This document shows, piece after piece, positions 35,384 through 48,600 of a stretch of DNA of 64,000 bases. The position numbers and the translations under genes were made by a program. The DNA comes from Neocallimastix sp. 'constans' (Eukaryota): positions 806,001 through 870,000 of the forward strand of contig JBODTK010000010.1 in NCBI GenBank assembly GCA_050613775.1, read 5' to 3'. Under the pieces are notes generated by a model. It did not search any database and had not been told where the DNA came from. It saw only the letters and a list, made by a program, of their open reading frames with translations. The first letter of the stretch is position 1; every line of letters begins with the position of its first letter.

Positions 35384-36142
35384 TGTAACGTGAATTCGGG
35401 GCGTAACCCAAAATAATTAACACCACTAGGTTTGTATAAAAAAAAATAAATAATAAGTAAATAGTTTTTTAAGAAAAAAGAATTTATTATTTTTTTAAAG
35501 TTAAAATTTATTTTTATTTTTTTTTTTTTTTATTTATTAATTAAAAATTTGTAATTAAATTACTTATTAAATAATTAATAAAAAACACGATTTTTTAAAA
35601 AATTTTTTTGAAGAAAAATTCACTCGTATTTATACAAAAATTTTCAAAAGAAATTTTTTATGATGTAATTTTAAACCAATTAAGATAATTTGATAAAACT
35701 TTTGATAAAAAAAATTTTTTTTGATAAGATAAGAACTTTTTAAAATAATTTTTGATAAGATAAGAATTTTTAAAATAAATTTTTTATAAAAAGAAATTAT
35801 GCGGATTTGAACTCGAGAAGTTCAAATCGGTGACTTAGTTACTAACAACTAAGACAAGTTAATTATTTTTAAGATTCGTTACATGGTCCTCCTCGAGGAT
35901 TCGGATACCAGACGAATCTAATTCTAAACTAAAATTAATTTTTAATATACTAACGAGTGAACTTTTTACATTTAACATACATGAATTAAAAATATTTAAT
36001 AAATTTAACTATATTAAAAGATAAAATAATTTTTTTTTTTTTTTTATTTTTTTAAAAATAATTTGATATTAATAAAATATTTAAATTCAATTTTGATATA
36101 AATAAGAGTTTAGATATAATTAATAAAATAAAATATTTTTTG

Positions 36143-39100
36143 TTATTTATCCCTTGAATTGAAATCCTTAAGAAGTTCAGGACAATTTAAATTAGATTCG
36201 GGTTCCCATGAAGATTCTGAAATTGGATAACCTTTCCATTTGATTAAATATTGAATTTTTCCATAGTAAGTTCTTTTATCCAATATTTTCTCAACTTCAT
36301 ATTCTTCTTCATTATTGACTATTACTGGTGGTGGTGGTTGATTTCTTCCAAAAGTATCTTCGTAGTAGGGTTCAAGTTCTGAGACATGAATAATGGGATG
36401 AATTCGTAATTTCTTCGGAAGATCTAATTTATAGGTAACTGGTGATACTTTCTGAATGATTTTGAAAGGACCGAGTTTTCTTGGTTTAAGTTTCTTGTTC
36501 TTATTTCTGAGTACTAAGGAGCTATTTAGCCAGACTTTGTCGTTTGCTTTAAATTCTGGAGGTTTAATTCGGTGTCTATTTGCATATTCTTCCTGCTTTT
36601 TGCTTGCAGACTCTAAGTTCTTCTTTAATTCTTTAGATAGATCTGTTAAGTTCTTCACAAGTTCTTCAGCTCTGGGAACATTTATGATACTTGGAATTTC
36701 AGGAGAATGTCTTGGGTTGTAACCGTAATTTGCAAAGAAATGAGAATAATTAGAAGATTCCTGGAGAGCATTATTGTAACTGAATTCGGCTAAATAGAGA
36801 TAATTCTCCCAATCTGATCCTTTGAAATTTGTGAAACATCTAAGGTATTGTTCTACAACGGAGTTCACCCTCTCCGTCAAACCGTTGGTTTGGTGATGGA
36901 ATGGTGAAGAGTATTTCATATTAATTCCAAGAGCTTTACAGATAGCAATCCAAAATTTAGAAGTGAATTGGGATCCACGATCGGAAAGAATTTCATCAGG
37001 GAGTCCATGAAGTCTGAAGATCGATTTCATGAAAGCAGAAGCGGTATCAATAGCAGAAGGGATATTTGCAAAAGGAATGAAGTGAGACATCTTGGAAAAA
37101 CGATCAACGGTAACAAATATACAAGTAAACCCATTGGAAAGTGGTAAATCAGTAATAAAATCCATAGAGACTGAAGACCAAGGACGAGAAGGGATTTCCA
37201 AAGGTTGTAAAAATCCGTAAGGTTTATGTCGGAGTACCTTTGAACGACAACAAGTTTCGCAAGATCGGATGTAGTCTTGAGCGTCAGAGTTAAGGGAAGG
37301 CCACCAAAAGTCACGATTTAAAAGATTAATAGTTTTTTTAAAACCAAAATGACCTGCGAATGGAGAGTCATGACAAATTTTCAAGGCTAAAGACCGGCAG
37401 TTGGGAGGAACATAGAGTTTATTTTGGAAAAGTAAGTAGCTGTTACTAATTGAGAATTCCTTAATTTTTTGATGAGGGACAGGTAATTTCTTGTTTTCTA
37501 AGTAATCGCAAATGGAATGATAAAATGGATCGGTTTTACATTCGGAAAGGATTTTTTCAGAAAATGTTTCAACAGAGACTGGAAAAGCAGAAAAGTTTTC
37601 TGGGCGGAGAACAGTAAATGGAATATCAGAAGTGGAAAATTCATAATTTAAAGCATAATCAGGTCTTCTTGATAAGGCATCGGGTTTACCATTGGAAGAA
37701 CCTGAACGATATTCAATCTTGAAGTTTAATTCTGATAAGAAGAGAGACCAACGAACAAGTCTTTGAGTCATTTTTTCAGGTTTCTTTTGATATAACAGGT
37801 TTCGGTGATCAGAGTAGATAATAAAAGGATGAGTCGCACCCTTTAGAAAGTGTCTCCAATTTTCTAAAGAATCAATAATAGCTAAAAGTTCCTTATCGTA
37901 AATTGGATAATTTCTTTCAACAGGAGAGAGAGATCTTGAATAAAAGGCAATAGGATGAACTTTATTATCTTTAGGAGTCTTTTGAGAAAGGACAGCACCG
38001 ATTGCAAAATTACTGCTGTCAGTTTCAACAGTGAAGGGTAGATTACGATCAGGGTAAGCAAGGACCGGAGAAGAGGAAAATTTCGATTTAATATTATCAA
38101 AAGCTTCTTGAGCTTCAATTGACCATACAAATTTAACGTTCTTTCTTAAAAGATGATTAAGTGGATGGGCTAACTTTGCAAATCCAGGAATAAATCTTCT
38201 ATAATAATTTGTGAGTCCAAGGAAAGATTGAATTTCTTTTACGCAAGTTGGAGTAGGCCATTCAAGAATTGAAGAAATCTTTTTGGGATCCATAAATATA
38301 CCTGTAGCAGAAATTCTATGACCAAGGAAATCTAAGTAAGGGACAAAGAATTCACATTTTTCTAGTTTCGCAAAAAGACCAGCTTTACGAAGTCTTTTGA
38401 GAACTTCGATAACGTGTTCAAAATGAGAAGACATATCTGGGGAGAAGATTATAATATCATCGATATAACAGTAGACATATGTACCAAGAATATCTTCGAA
38501 TACATCATTAATGAAGTGTTGGAAAACAGCTGGGGCATTTTTTAACCCGAAAGGCATAACCAAATATTCAAAGTGGCCATACTTGCAGGTAAAAGCTGTT
38601 TTATACTCGTCTCCTTCTTTTATTCTTACAAGATTATATGCGGAACGGAGATCGAGTTTTGAAAATACTTTACCTTTACCTAAATGTTCGAGCATGTCAT
38701 TAATAAGTGGTAATGGATAAGAGTCCCGAATTGCTATTTCGTTAAGTTTTCTGTAATCAACAACCATACGTAATTCACCATTCTTCTTAAAAACGAAAAA
38801 TACAGGAGCACCAGCAGGAGATTTGGATTTACGAATAAAGCCTTTTGAGAGATTTTCTTTAATATATTCTTTAAGAGCTTTAGACTCAGCATCAGTAAGC
38901 GGGTAGATAGGGCCATAATAAAGGATAGAGTTAGGCTTGAGCTTAATCTCACAATCATACTGCCTATGTGGTGGTAATATGTTTGCAGATCCTTCATCGA
39001 AAATATCTTTATAAGGTTGAAGTATAGTAGGCAATAATTTTAATATTCTATCAACAGTAGCAGGTTCCTTTTCTTTTGTAGAAGGGACAGTTGTAGGAGA

Positions 39101-40324
39101 AGAAATATGAGCTGTAAAAGAATTTGGAGTTAGTAAACAATTTGAAATACAATTGCTAGACTTAAAGGATAGTTCTTTAGTTACGAAATTTATTGTCGGA
39201 TTGTGTGTGAATAACCAGTCAGTACCAAGTATAGCACAGTAAGAGGGTAAATCAACAATGTAGAATTCAGTTTGACAAATATGGTTTCCGTATTTGAGTG
39301 ATATTGGTAAAGTTTTTCCCAGAATTAATTGATCACCTCCAATACCGGAAACGCTCGGTAATTTAGAATTTTCATTATAGGGAATGTTATTTTCTTTAGC
39401 GTAATAAACGTCCATAAGATTAAGTTGAGAACCTGAATCCAGAAGAATCTTTGAATTAACTGAAACGTCCGAAATAGAAAGAGTGAAATCAAAGATTGGA
39501 AGCCTGTGGTTAGGTTGGTCAGAAATTCTTGGCCTAAGAGTTGAAATTAAAACAGGATTTGAAATGTGAGAACTTGAAGAAGGTTTATTCTTTTTTAATT
39601 TAGGGCAATTTTCACGAATGTGATCTGGATCGGCACAATAAAGACAAAGATGTTCTCTAATTCTTCTTTCTCTTTCTTCATTAGAAAGCTTACTAAAAGA
39701 TTTATTATTGTTATTTGAAGATTTCTTTTTTGGAGTAAACTTTGGACATGTTTTATTATCATTTGAATGCTTATTATGATTAAAAAATTGTCTATGTGTA
39801 GAAATTCTAGAATCAATTCTTGCTGCAATAGTTTGAAGGGAAAGGAGATTTCTGGGACCAGGAAACATTTCTAATATTCTTGTTGCAATAGAATCTTGAA
39901 GACCAGCAATGAAAGCATCCATTTTTGCATCCTCATTCCAAGAAGAATTATCGGAATATTTATTAAATTCATTAATATAACTTGTAATATCACCAAGTCT
40001 TCGTTGTTTAATTACACGTAGTTTTTGATTGGCGATAAATACTGAGTCGTTGTCTCCGAAAACAGCTTTCATTCTTTCTCTAAATGCTTGATAATCTCCA
40101 AGACAGTCATCCCTGTTTTCAATTAAAGTAGCTGCCCAGTTCATAGCGTCACCGTAAAGTCAAGATATAAGATATATGACTTTAGCTTCATCGGTGTTGT
40201 ATCTGTCTGGGTACAGCATAAAAACCAATTCAATTTTTGCTAAAAAACCCTTTAAGTAACGACGGTCTCCTGCAAAACCATCTTTAAGAGTAGCATTATT
40301 AAAAATATTATTTTGATCTTCCAT
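36143..40324 (-). pseudogene. Element A gag-pol (Gag-CCHC-PR-RT-RH-IN-chromodomain) with one premature stop
   Basis: ATG 40324 is in frame with the 1333-aa ORF; TGA at 40162-40160 ([10 protein letters not shown], likely CGA>TGA). Motifs [62 protein letters not shown]. Confidence 0.93.
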
Positions 40325-40720
40325 TTTAAATTAAATTTTTAAGAATTTTATCAAAATTTGAATACGATTATAAATTTTGTTAGACTAAACCTAAATTTTA
40401 TATTTTTTGGATATTTAGGATTGCTTTAAAACACAAGGTTTACTAGTAGTAAGAAATCAAATAGTAGAATTAAGTCCTGGAGTAATTTGGAAACCAAGGG
40501 AATATATCTGAATAGAAGTTCACCAAAGTAGTTGTAGAGATACCAATAGAGAGGATAATACTAAAAGGTAGAAAAGACTCAAAACAGTAAAAACAAGAAG
40601 TAAATACAAAAAGTAAAGATCAAAGGTAGAAATTCAAAATTGAAGCACAGTGAAACACTGAATGATGCAAAAATATAGGAGCCTAAAGTAAGAATTCAAA
40701 GTAGTAACTAAAGGTAAAAC

Positions 40721-41019
40721 TTGAAAGGTAGAAACCAAAGTATATCTTGAAATCAAAGAAAGGTAAAAACCAAAAGTATTTCTTGAAGGGTAGAAACCAA
40801 AAGTATATCTTGAAAGGTAGAAACCAAAAGTGTATCTTGAAGGGTAGAAACCAAAAGAATATCTTGATAGGGTAGAAACCAAAAGTATATCTTGAAGGGT
40901 AGAAACCAAAAGTATATCTTAAAGGGTAGAGACCAAAAGTATATCTTGAAGGGTAGAAACCAGAAGTATATCTTGAAAGGTAGAAACCAGAAGTATATCT
41001 TGAAAGGTAGAAACCAAAA
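40721..41019. repeat. ~27-bp tandem repeat in leader of element A
   Basis: About 10 copies of GAARGGTAGAAACCAAAAGTATATCTT. Confidence 0.9.
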
Positions 41020-41056
41020 GAAAGAATTTATACAAAGGTAGTGGTTCTTTTCAGTG

Positions 41057-41067
41057 GTGTTTTTTAT
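41057..41067 (-). promoter_or_regulatory. Self-priming (Tf1-type) primer binding site of element A
   Basis: Minus-strand ATAAAAAACAC directly after the 5' LTR is the exact 11-nt complement of LTR sequence at 41273-41263; no TGG tRNA-type PBS. Confidence 0.75.
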
Positions 41068-41564
41068 TGTAACGTGAATTCGGGGCGTAACCCAAAATAA
41101 TTAACACCACTAGGTTTGTATAAAAAAAAATAAATAATAAGTAAATAGTTTTTTAAGAAAAAAGAATTTATTATTTTTTTAAAGTTAAAATTTATTTTTA
41201 TTTTTTTTTTTTTTTTATTTATTAATTAAAAATTTGTAATTAAATTACTTATTAAATAATTAATAAAAAACACGATTTTTTAAAAAAATTTTTTGAAGAA
41301 AAATTCACTCGTATTTATACAAAAATTTTCAAAAGAAATTTTTTATGATGTAATTTTAAACCAATTAAGATAATTTGATAAAACTTTTGATAAAAAAAAT
41401 TTTTTTTTGATAAGATAAGAACTTTTTAAAATAATTTTTGATAAGATAAGAATTTTTAAAATAAATTTTTTATAAAAAGAAATTATGCGGATTTGAACTC
41501 GAGAAGTTCAAATCGGTAACTTAGTTACTAACAACTAAGACAAGTTAATTATTTTTAAGATTTG

Positions 41565-42587
41565 TGGTAAAGAATGAATTAATAACCTTTATTTTATTAT
41601 TAATAATTCTTTACTAAATTGTACTTTCCTATATTCTTCATAACCTAAACCTCATTGTAAATTTAATTTATTTTGATATAAATTAATTTTAACTTGTAAA
41701 TAATGTAAATAAATTTTAATTAATTACTTTATTGTTATATTATTAAATATATGTATATATTAAAATACAATTATAAATATTAAAATTATACTTTTAAGAT
41801 ACTAAATTATTAAAACTATTAATTAAATATTATTATAAAAATTATTATAAAATTATTAAAATTATTAATTAAATATTATTCTAAAAATTATTATAAATTA
41901 TTAATATTATAAAATTATTAAAATTATTAAATATTATTATAAAAATTTATATATTATAACTATTAAATATTATTATAAAATTATTAAGATTATTAATTAA
42001 ATTTATTATTAAAAATTATTATTAAAAATTTTTACTTATTATAAAAATTACTATTTAAATATTATCAAATTTATTAATTAAATATTATAAAAATTTTATT
42101 TTATTTTGAAAATAATTACAAGTATTATTTAAAATAATTAAAGATTATTAAATTTATTATATTAATCTTTAAAAACAATTTATTTAACTTAAAAATATCA
42201 AAGAAAATAGTAAAAACTATTTTCTATATATTTATTTTATAATTATTTTTAATTAAATTATATTTGAATATTATATTATTATATTTATAAAAATTAAAAC
42301 AAAAATGAATTATTGATATAAAATTAATTCAATAATTCTATAAAATTACTTAAATTATAAACAATTAATTATACTTTAAATTTATAAAAAAATATAAATA
42401 TTGTAACAATTTCTTAAAAATTAAATATGTGTACTTTAAATAAAAAATTTTATATTAATAAAAAAAAAAATAAATAAATAACTTTTAAAAAAAGAATTAT
42501 TTTTTTTTTATTTAAAATCAAAGCAGGGTAATACCCGTCCCCCCCTGCTTGATTTTAAATATCTAAGTGTCAACCCCGAGTCTACCA
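41565..42587 (+). mobile_element. Solo LTR (TGGTA...TACCA) with 4-bp TSD TTTG
   Basis: TTTG at 41561-41564 and 42588-42591. End CCCGAGTCTACCA matches CCCGAATCTACCA at 62839-62851, which precedes a tRNA PBS. Strong hairpin at 42511-42559. Confidence 0.8.
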
Positions 42588-43212
42588 TTTGTGATGCATG
42601 TCCAGTAAAAATAATAGAAAATAATAGAAAAATTATTTAGAAAAATTATTAATATAAATATTTATTAAAAATTAATTTTATATAATGAATCTTAAAATAT
42701 ATTATTAATATATTATTAAAGATAATTTATTATTATTAATTATTAAAATATTAAATTAAATAATAATATTAAAAATATTAAAAGAATTGTTGATAATATA
42801 GTAAAATTAGTTATATTAATTATAACGGAGATTGAATGTTTAATTAAATTGATGTTAATATTAAAATAATTTTTAAATAATGTTAAACAATATGAATTAA
42901 TAGTTATAAGTAAAAAGTTATGAATATTTATATTTATTAATTAATTTTAGTGTTTCGATAAATAAAATTTATAAAATTAGTAAAAAATATAATTATGAAA
43001 ATAATTTATAAATAAATATTTTCTTTTTTTTTTAAGGAATAATAATAAAACATGTATTTTTTTTTATGATAAAATATAATAAATAAAATAATAAAAGATA
43101 AATAACTAAAAAGTAAATATAATTATTGTAATATAATATTCTTGGAGTAATTCCCTTTTGCACAAACGCCCAACTAACATATACGGTATTTAATAAAATA
43201 CTGTATCAAAAA

Positions 43213-43229
43213 TGGTGGAGAATCCGGGC
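43213..43229 (+). promoter_or_regulatory. tRNA-Ala primer binding site
   Basis: TGGTGGAGAATCCGGGC is complementary to a tRNA-Ala-type 3' end (..CUCCACCA); related PBS TGGTGGAGATATCGGGG at 62857. Confidence 0.8.
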
Positions 43230-44017
43230 GTGCAAACCAAGAATATTATGAAATTTATATTTATATTGATATTTACTTTTTAAAAAATAAAGACAATTAA
43301 ATAATTAATATTAAATTAAAATTAAATAATTAATTTTTTTATAATAGTAATATATAAATTTATATAAAAAAAAAAAAAAAAAAAAAAACACCTAAAATTA
43401 TTATGATTATTATTAAATAATAATTAAAGGTAACTGGGAGTTCGAACCAGAATAAAAACGAATAAGTCTTTAATTATTATTATTAGTATAGTTAATTTTT
43501 TTTTATTATCATCTTTATTAGTAATTAAAGACAACTGGGAATTCGGACCAGTATAAAAACGAATAAACCTTTAATTAAGAAATGATATTATAATAAAAAG
43601 TAGTAATAGTTTAGTATAAAAATTAATATTAAATAATATTTTATTAATAGTATATGTGATAATATTTAGAAAAAAAAAAAAATAATAGATAATATTTTAA
43701 TAATAATAATAAATAATATTTTAGTAATGGTGAATTAAGTAATAATTAATAATAATAAATGATATTTTAGTAATAGTGAATTAAGTAATAATTAATAATA
43801 ATAAATAATATTTTAGTAATAGTAATATTTTAGTAATAGTGTATAAAATAAGAATTAATAATAATAATAATAATAATTAAATGATATTTTAGTAATAGTG
43901 AATTAAGTAATAATTAATAATAATAAATAATATTTTAGTAATAGTGAATTAATAATTAATAATAATAAATAATATTTTAATAATAGTAATATTTTAGTAA
44001 TAGTATATAAAATAAGA

Positions 44018-44048
<31 letters not shown>

Positions 44049-44150
44049 GTAATAATAATAACAATAATAATAACAATAATAAAAATAACATTATTATACT
44101 CGTAAAAGTATATAAGAATATAATTTCAAATTAAAATAATAATTAGATAA

Positions 44151-45455
44151 ATGGCGGACGCTTCGAAAATTAGAAGAGACTTACCATACTTAGCAAATTA
44201 TGGTAAGGACATAGATTCTTGGATAGAAGATTTCAAAAATGTTATGGAAATTTACAACATCGAGGAACCAAACAGAATTTTTATTTGGGTAAAGAACGCA
44301 GTAGAGGCTGACATAAAAAACCTTTTAAAATCTTTATGTACTACAAGAAATAATGTTAAAAGGTTTCCCTCATATAAAGAAATCCAGAGAGCCATTGAAG
44401 ATTATTTAGAAATTACTCAAAATGATAAGTGTTCAATTTTAAAGGCCTTAAAAATAAAAAGAAATGAAACAATTAAAGGATTTAATTATAATTATTTAAC
44501 TCTTTATCATCGACTTGACTTGGAATATAAAAAATTAATATGTGTCGATGATTATTTAAATGCTATACATGATAGGGTATATGTACATTCTCAAGTAATT
44601 TTGGCCAACTGTAAAACATTAACAGAAGCGTTCGAAGTAGCAGAACGTGCAGAAAAAGCTGAAGTACGAACTATAACAAACAAAAATTCTCAGAATGTTA
44701 TGGTATATCAAAACAACATAAATAAAAATAATAACAATTTATTAAATCATCCAATTTATAGGAGCTTAAGAGAACATGGAAATAATTTAGATAATTCATA
44801 TCAAGCGTCATCATATGTTATGGGTTATATAAATGAAAACTCCACCAATAATAGAATGTTTACACCAGGTAGATATAGTAACAATAAAAATAAAAGTTTT
44901 AATAATAATAATAATTATTATCACGGAGTAGAACAAATTCAACAAAATAATACTTATGATACAAGAAGATTCTATAATAACTACGAACCAAAAGCTAGAA
45001 AATCAGTTATGTGTTACTCATGTAAACAAGTAGGACATAAAGCTTATGAATGTCCTAATAATAAAAATAATGGTAGTAATAGAAATAATAATCTTTATAA
45101 TATGAATAATAATGATATGGGTAATAATTATAATAATAATTTTGATTATAATAATAATAGTAATAAATATAACAATTATTATAATAATAGTAATAAAAAT
45201 GGCTACAATAATTCTTTTAATGGTAGTAATTATTACTTTAATAAAAATAATAAATTTACTGGAAATAATATTGCTAATAGAAATAATCATAATTTTAATG
45301 AGAATAATATTCCCACTGGAAATAATAATTTTAATAGAAATTCTAATGGAATAAATCAGGATATTAATACTACTAGTTCAAATATTAATAGTAATTTCAA
45401 AGCTAATGTAAATAATAATAATAATAATGGAGATAGCTTTAATAATTTAAACTAA
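44151..45455 (+). CDS. gag: Element B Gag
   Basis: 434 aa with zinc knuckle CYSCKQVGHKAYEC and Asn-rich tail. Confidence 0.9.
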   Translation: MADASKIRRDLPYLANYGKDIDSWIEDFKNVMEIYNIEEPNRIFIWVKNAVEADIKNLLKSLCTTRNNVKRFPSYKEIQRAIEDYLEITQNDKCSILKALKIKRNETIKGFNYNYLTLYHRLDLEYKKLICVDDYLNAIHDRVYVHSQVILANCKTLTEAFEVAERAEKAEVRTITNKNSQNVMVYQNNINKNNNNLLNHPIYRSLREHGNNLDNSYQASSYVMGYINENSTNNRMFTPGRYSNNKNKSFNNNNNYYHGVEQIQQNNTYDTRRFYNNYEPKARKSVMCYSCKQVGHKAYECPNNKNNGSNRNNNLYNMNNNDMGNNYNNNFDYNNNSNKYNNYYNNSNKNGYNNSFNGSNYYFNKNNKFTGNNIANRNNHNFNENNIPTGNNNFNRNSNGINQDINTTSSNINSNFKANVNNNNNNGDSFNNLN

Positions 45456-45617
45456 ATAATGGGAGAAGGACAACTCCCGTTAACCAAACCAAACTTCAAA
45501 CTTATAATAAAAATAATAGTATTAATGAAGAATATGTAAATTTAACATACTCTCCCAAGTTAAATAATAATACTATGAAAATAAAAAATAATTATAATAA
45601 TACTAATGATAATAATT

Positions 45618-45648
<31 letters not shown>

Positions 45649-48600
45649 ACATAATAATAATAATAATAATAATAATTCATATAATGCTAGTGCAACTTCA
45701 AATAATGATGTAATAAATAATGGATATCCTTATAATGATAATTCACATAATTATGATATAAACAATAATTATTTAAATAAGAATAATAAAATAAATTATA
45801 CAAACAGTTTATTTGATGATAATCATACAAGTATTGATAATATTTATTCCAATAATAATAATAATAATAACTTAAATAATATAGAATATCTTAGTAAGAA
45901 TACTAGTAACGGTTATAAATTAAATAATAGTAATCATAACAACATCTATGAAAATGACACTATTAATAAACAAGTTAACAATGATGTTAATATAAATAAT
46001 ACTTATAAAAATAATAATGATGATCAAAGTAACAATGAAATTGATTTAAATAGAATTTCTATAAATGATAATGAAAAGAAAATTAATAATGAACCTAATT
46101 CAAATAATATTTATAATAATTTTGATAATTACCATAATGAGGAAATTATCGCTGTTGCCCAAAAGAAAGGTAAAAATAATTCAATAAAAATCTCCCCATA
46201 TACCAAAGAAATAAAGAAAAAGCTTATAGATAATCCAGTTCCAATTATTACAAATGCTATGAAGAAAAATACTATTATGAAAAGAAAATTAAACGTTAAT
46301 AAATTAGCAACTACAGGAACACCTGATATGATAATAGATGAGGGAGGAACGAATGTCAAACTATCAACAGAAAAAGAAGAAGGTAAAGAATTTAAAGAAA
46401 ATAAAGATCATAAAAATGTTACTTTCAATGAATCTATTGAAATTTTTGAGGATTCACAACCACCAACTAATCAAACAATAACTAATAATAACACAAATAA
46501 ATTAGAATATTTGGATCTTTCTTATATCAATCAACCAAATATTAGAAATGTAAAAAAAGCGAATAAATTGAATAAAATAAATGAAATACTGAGCAGTAAC
46601 AAAGATGATATACCCATCAATGTTAAAAGTTATTCCAAGCCAGAGAAACACATAAAAATGATGGAAGATTTTAATGAATTTAAAATTAAGGACTTTATCA
46701 AGGAAGTAGCATCAACCGAAGTCATAACGAAGTTAGTATATTTGTTAGACCTGTTTCCAAAGTTCAGGTCAGAATTTACAAAAGCATTAAAATTAACCGA
46801 AGGAAAAGAGAAAATAAAGAAAAATTTGAATACATCTTTAATAAATGTAATGACAATTATAAGCCAACATAAAGTGATTAAAGTTAAAGGCACTGTGGAT
46901 AAGAAACCAGCTGAAATTTTCTTGGACTCGTGTGCTAGCGTTAATTTGATTACCACTACGGCTTTAAAAAAATTTAAAATTAATAAAAATCCTATTGGGA
47001 GAATATCCGAAAAAATTTTTCAGGTATATTCCAACAATTCAACTTGTTCAGATATTTATGAACTAAAAATATCTATTGGAAATTACACTTTTATCGATTA
47101 CTTTAGGAAAATTGATAAGGATGATATCTTTGATATATTAATAGGTATTGACACACTTAAACGAAATAGATTTGATATAAATTTAGTTAATGATACCTTA
47201 TATCATATTGATGAAAATAATAATCTTATAGAATTAGCTTCTTTATTTTATGATGTTAGCTTGAGTCCTTCTGAAAGTACAAATAGAATTAATGACGAAG
47301 AAAATAATATGAATAAGGAGAATAATATAAATAATAATTCTTCTGAAGAGAATGATGAGGATTCTGAAACTAGTTGGAGTGACAATGATAATAATAATGA
47401 TAATAATAATATACTTTTTACATATGCTAAATCAGAGTTACCTAATATTAACATAAATAATTTTAATGTAAAATTACCTTTCTTTAATAGTGTCGACATC
47501 GATAAAGAAAATAATATCAAAATAAAAACGAATAATAATAAGAATGATGATAAAATTGACAATTATAAAATAAATGATCATAAAATTAATTCTAAAGTTA
47601 CAAACAATATAAATCCCATACTACATTCTAAACTTCCATCAAAAATCGATTCTGATCAAAACGGCAATAACAAATTAAATAGTAATTATAAATTAGTAGA
47701 TAGAAATATTGAAAGGAAAGAATATAAGAATAAAACGGTTGATATTACAACACAATTGATTCCATCTCTTTTATTAATAACTAATGAAGTACTACATAAT
47801 GAAAACGAGGTTTGCACAGACGACACAATATCTAAACTGGAAATGATTCACTCTATTGTAAAAAAATTACCAGAAAATTTGAAAGCTGATGTAGAAAAAT
47901 TATTTTTAAATTATATTAGTGTTCTTGCACTGAAAACTGACGATTTGGGTTCGTCAAAGCTATATCCTCATAGAATTAATTTAATACCAGGAACAACACC
48001 TATTAAACAGAGGGCCTACCGTATTTCAAAAGTGCAAGCTGATACACTTAAAAAGGAATTAATTAAACTTATAAATAATAACTTAATTGTCCCTTCTAGT
48101 TCTCCTTGGTCTTCTCCTGTAGTACTGGTACCGAAAAGGAATGGTCAAGTGAGAATGTGTGTTGACTACAGGAAGATTAATAATTGTACATTAAAGGACG
48201 CTTATGCACTTCCTTTAATAGATGATATACTTTACTATGTTAGCGGTGATATTTCTATTTTGTCTACTATTGATCTCTTCTCAGGGTACCATCAGATTCC
48301 TATGCATTCTGATGATAAAGATATCACTTGCTTTACGACCATTTACGGAAACTTTAATTTTGAAGTTATGCCTTTTGGACTATGCAACGCTCCCGCTACT
48401 TTTCAAAGGGAGATGAACAGAATATTTTTTGATTTAATCGGAGTATGTGTTTTTATTTACATAGATGACTTAGTTATTTATTCTCCTTCATTAGATCAAC
48501 ACATCAAAGACCTAGAAAAAGTATTCCTCATTCTTGCTAATAATGGATTAAAAGTGAATTTTGAAAAATGTGATTTCTTTAAAGAAGAAGTTGAGCTCCT

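Larger units (their letters stand above)
35384..41562 (-). mobile_element. Chromoviral Ty3/Gypsy element A, near-complete
   Basis: Near-identical ~500-bp LTRs 35384-35883 (TGTAACG..CGTTACA) and 41068-41562 (last bases displaced by nested insertions); PPT-like GAGGAGGACCA next to the 3' LTR; single gag-pol frame. Confidence 0.95.

Noticed and set aside
35884..35910. Plus-strand tRNA PBS (TGGTCC..) after LTR A
   Set aside because: The ORF is on the minus strand; this position is the polypurine tract on the coding strand.
43433..43465. preQ1 riboswitch or tRNA gene
   Set aside because: The topology resembles a small pseudoknot, but the loop lacks the preQ1 consensus and no cloverleaf can be folded.
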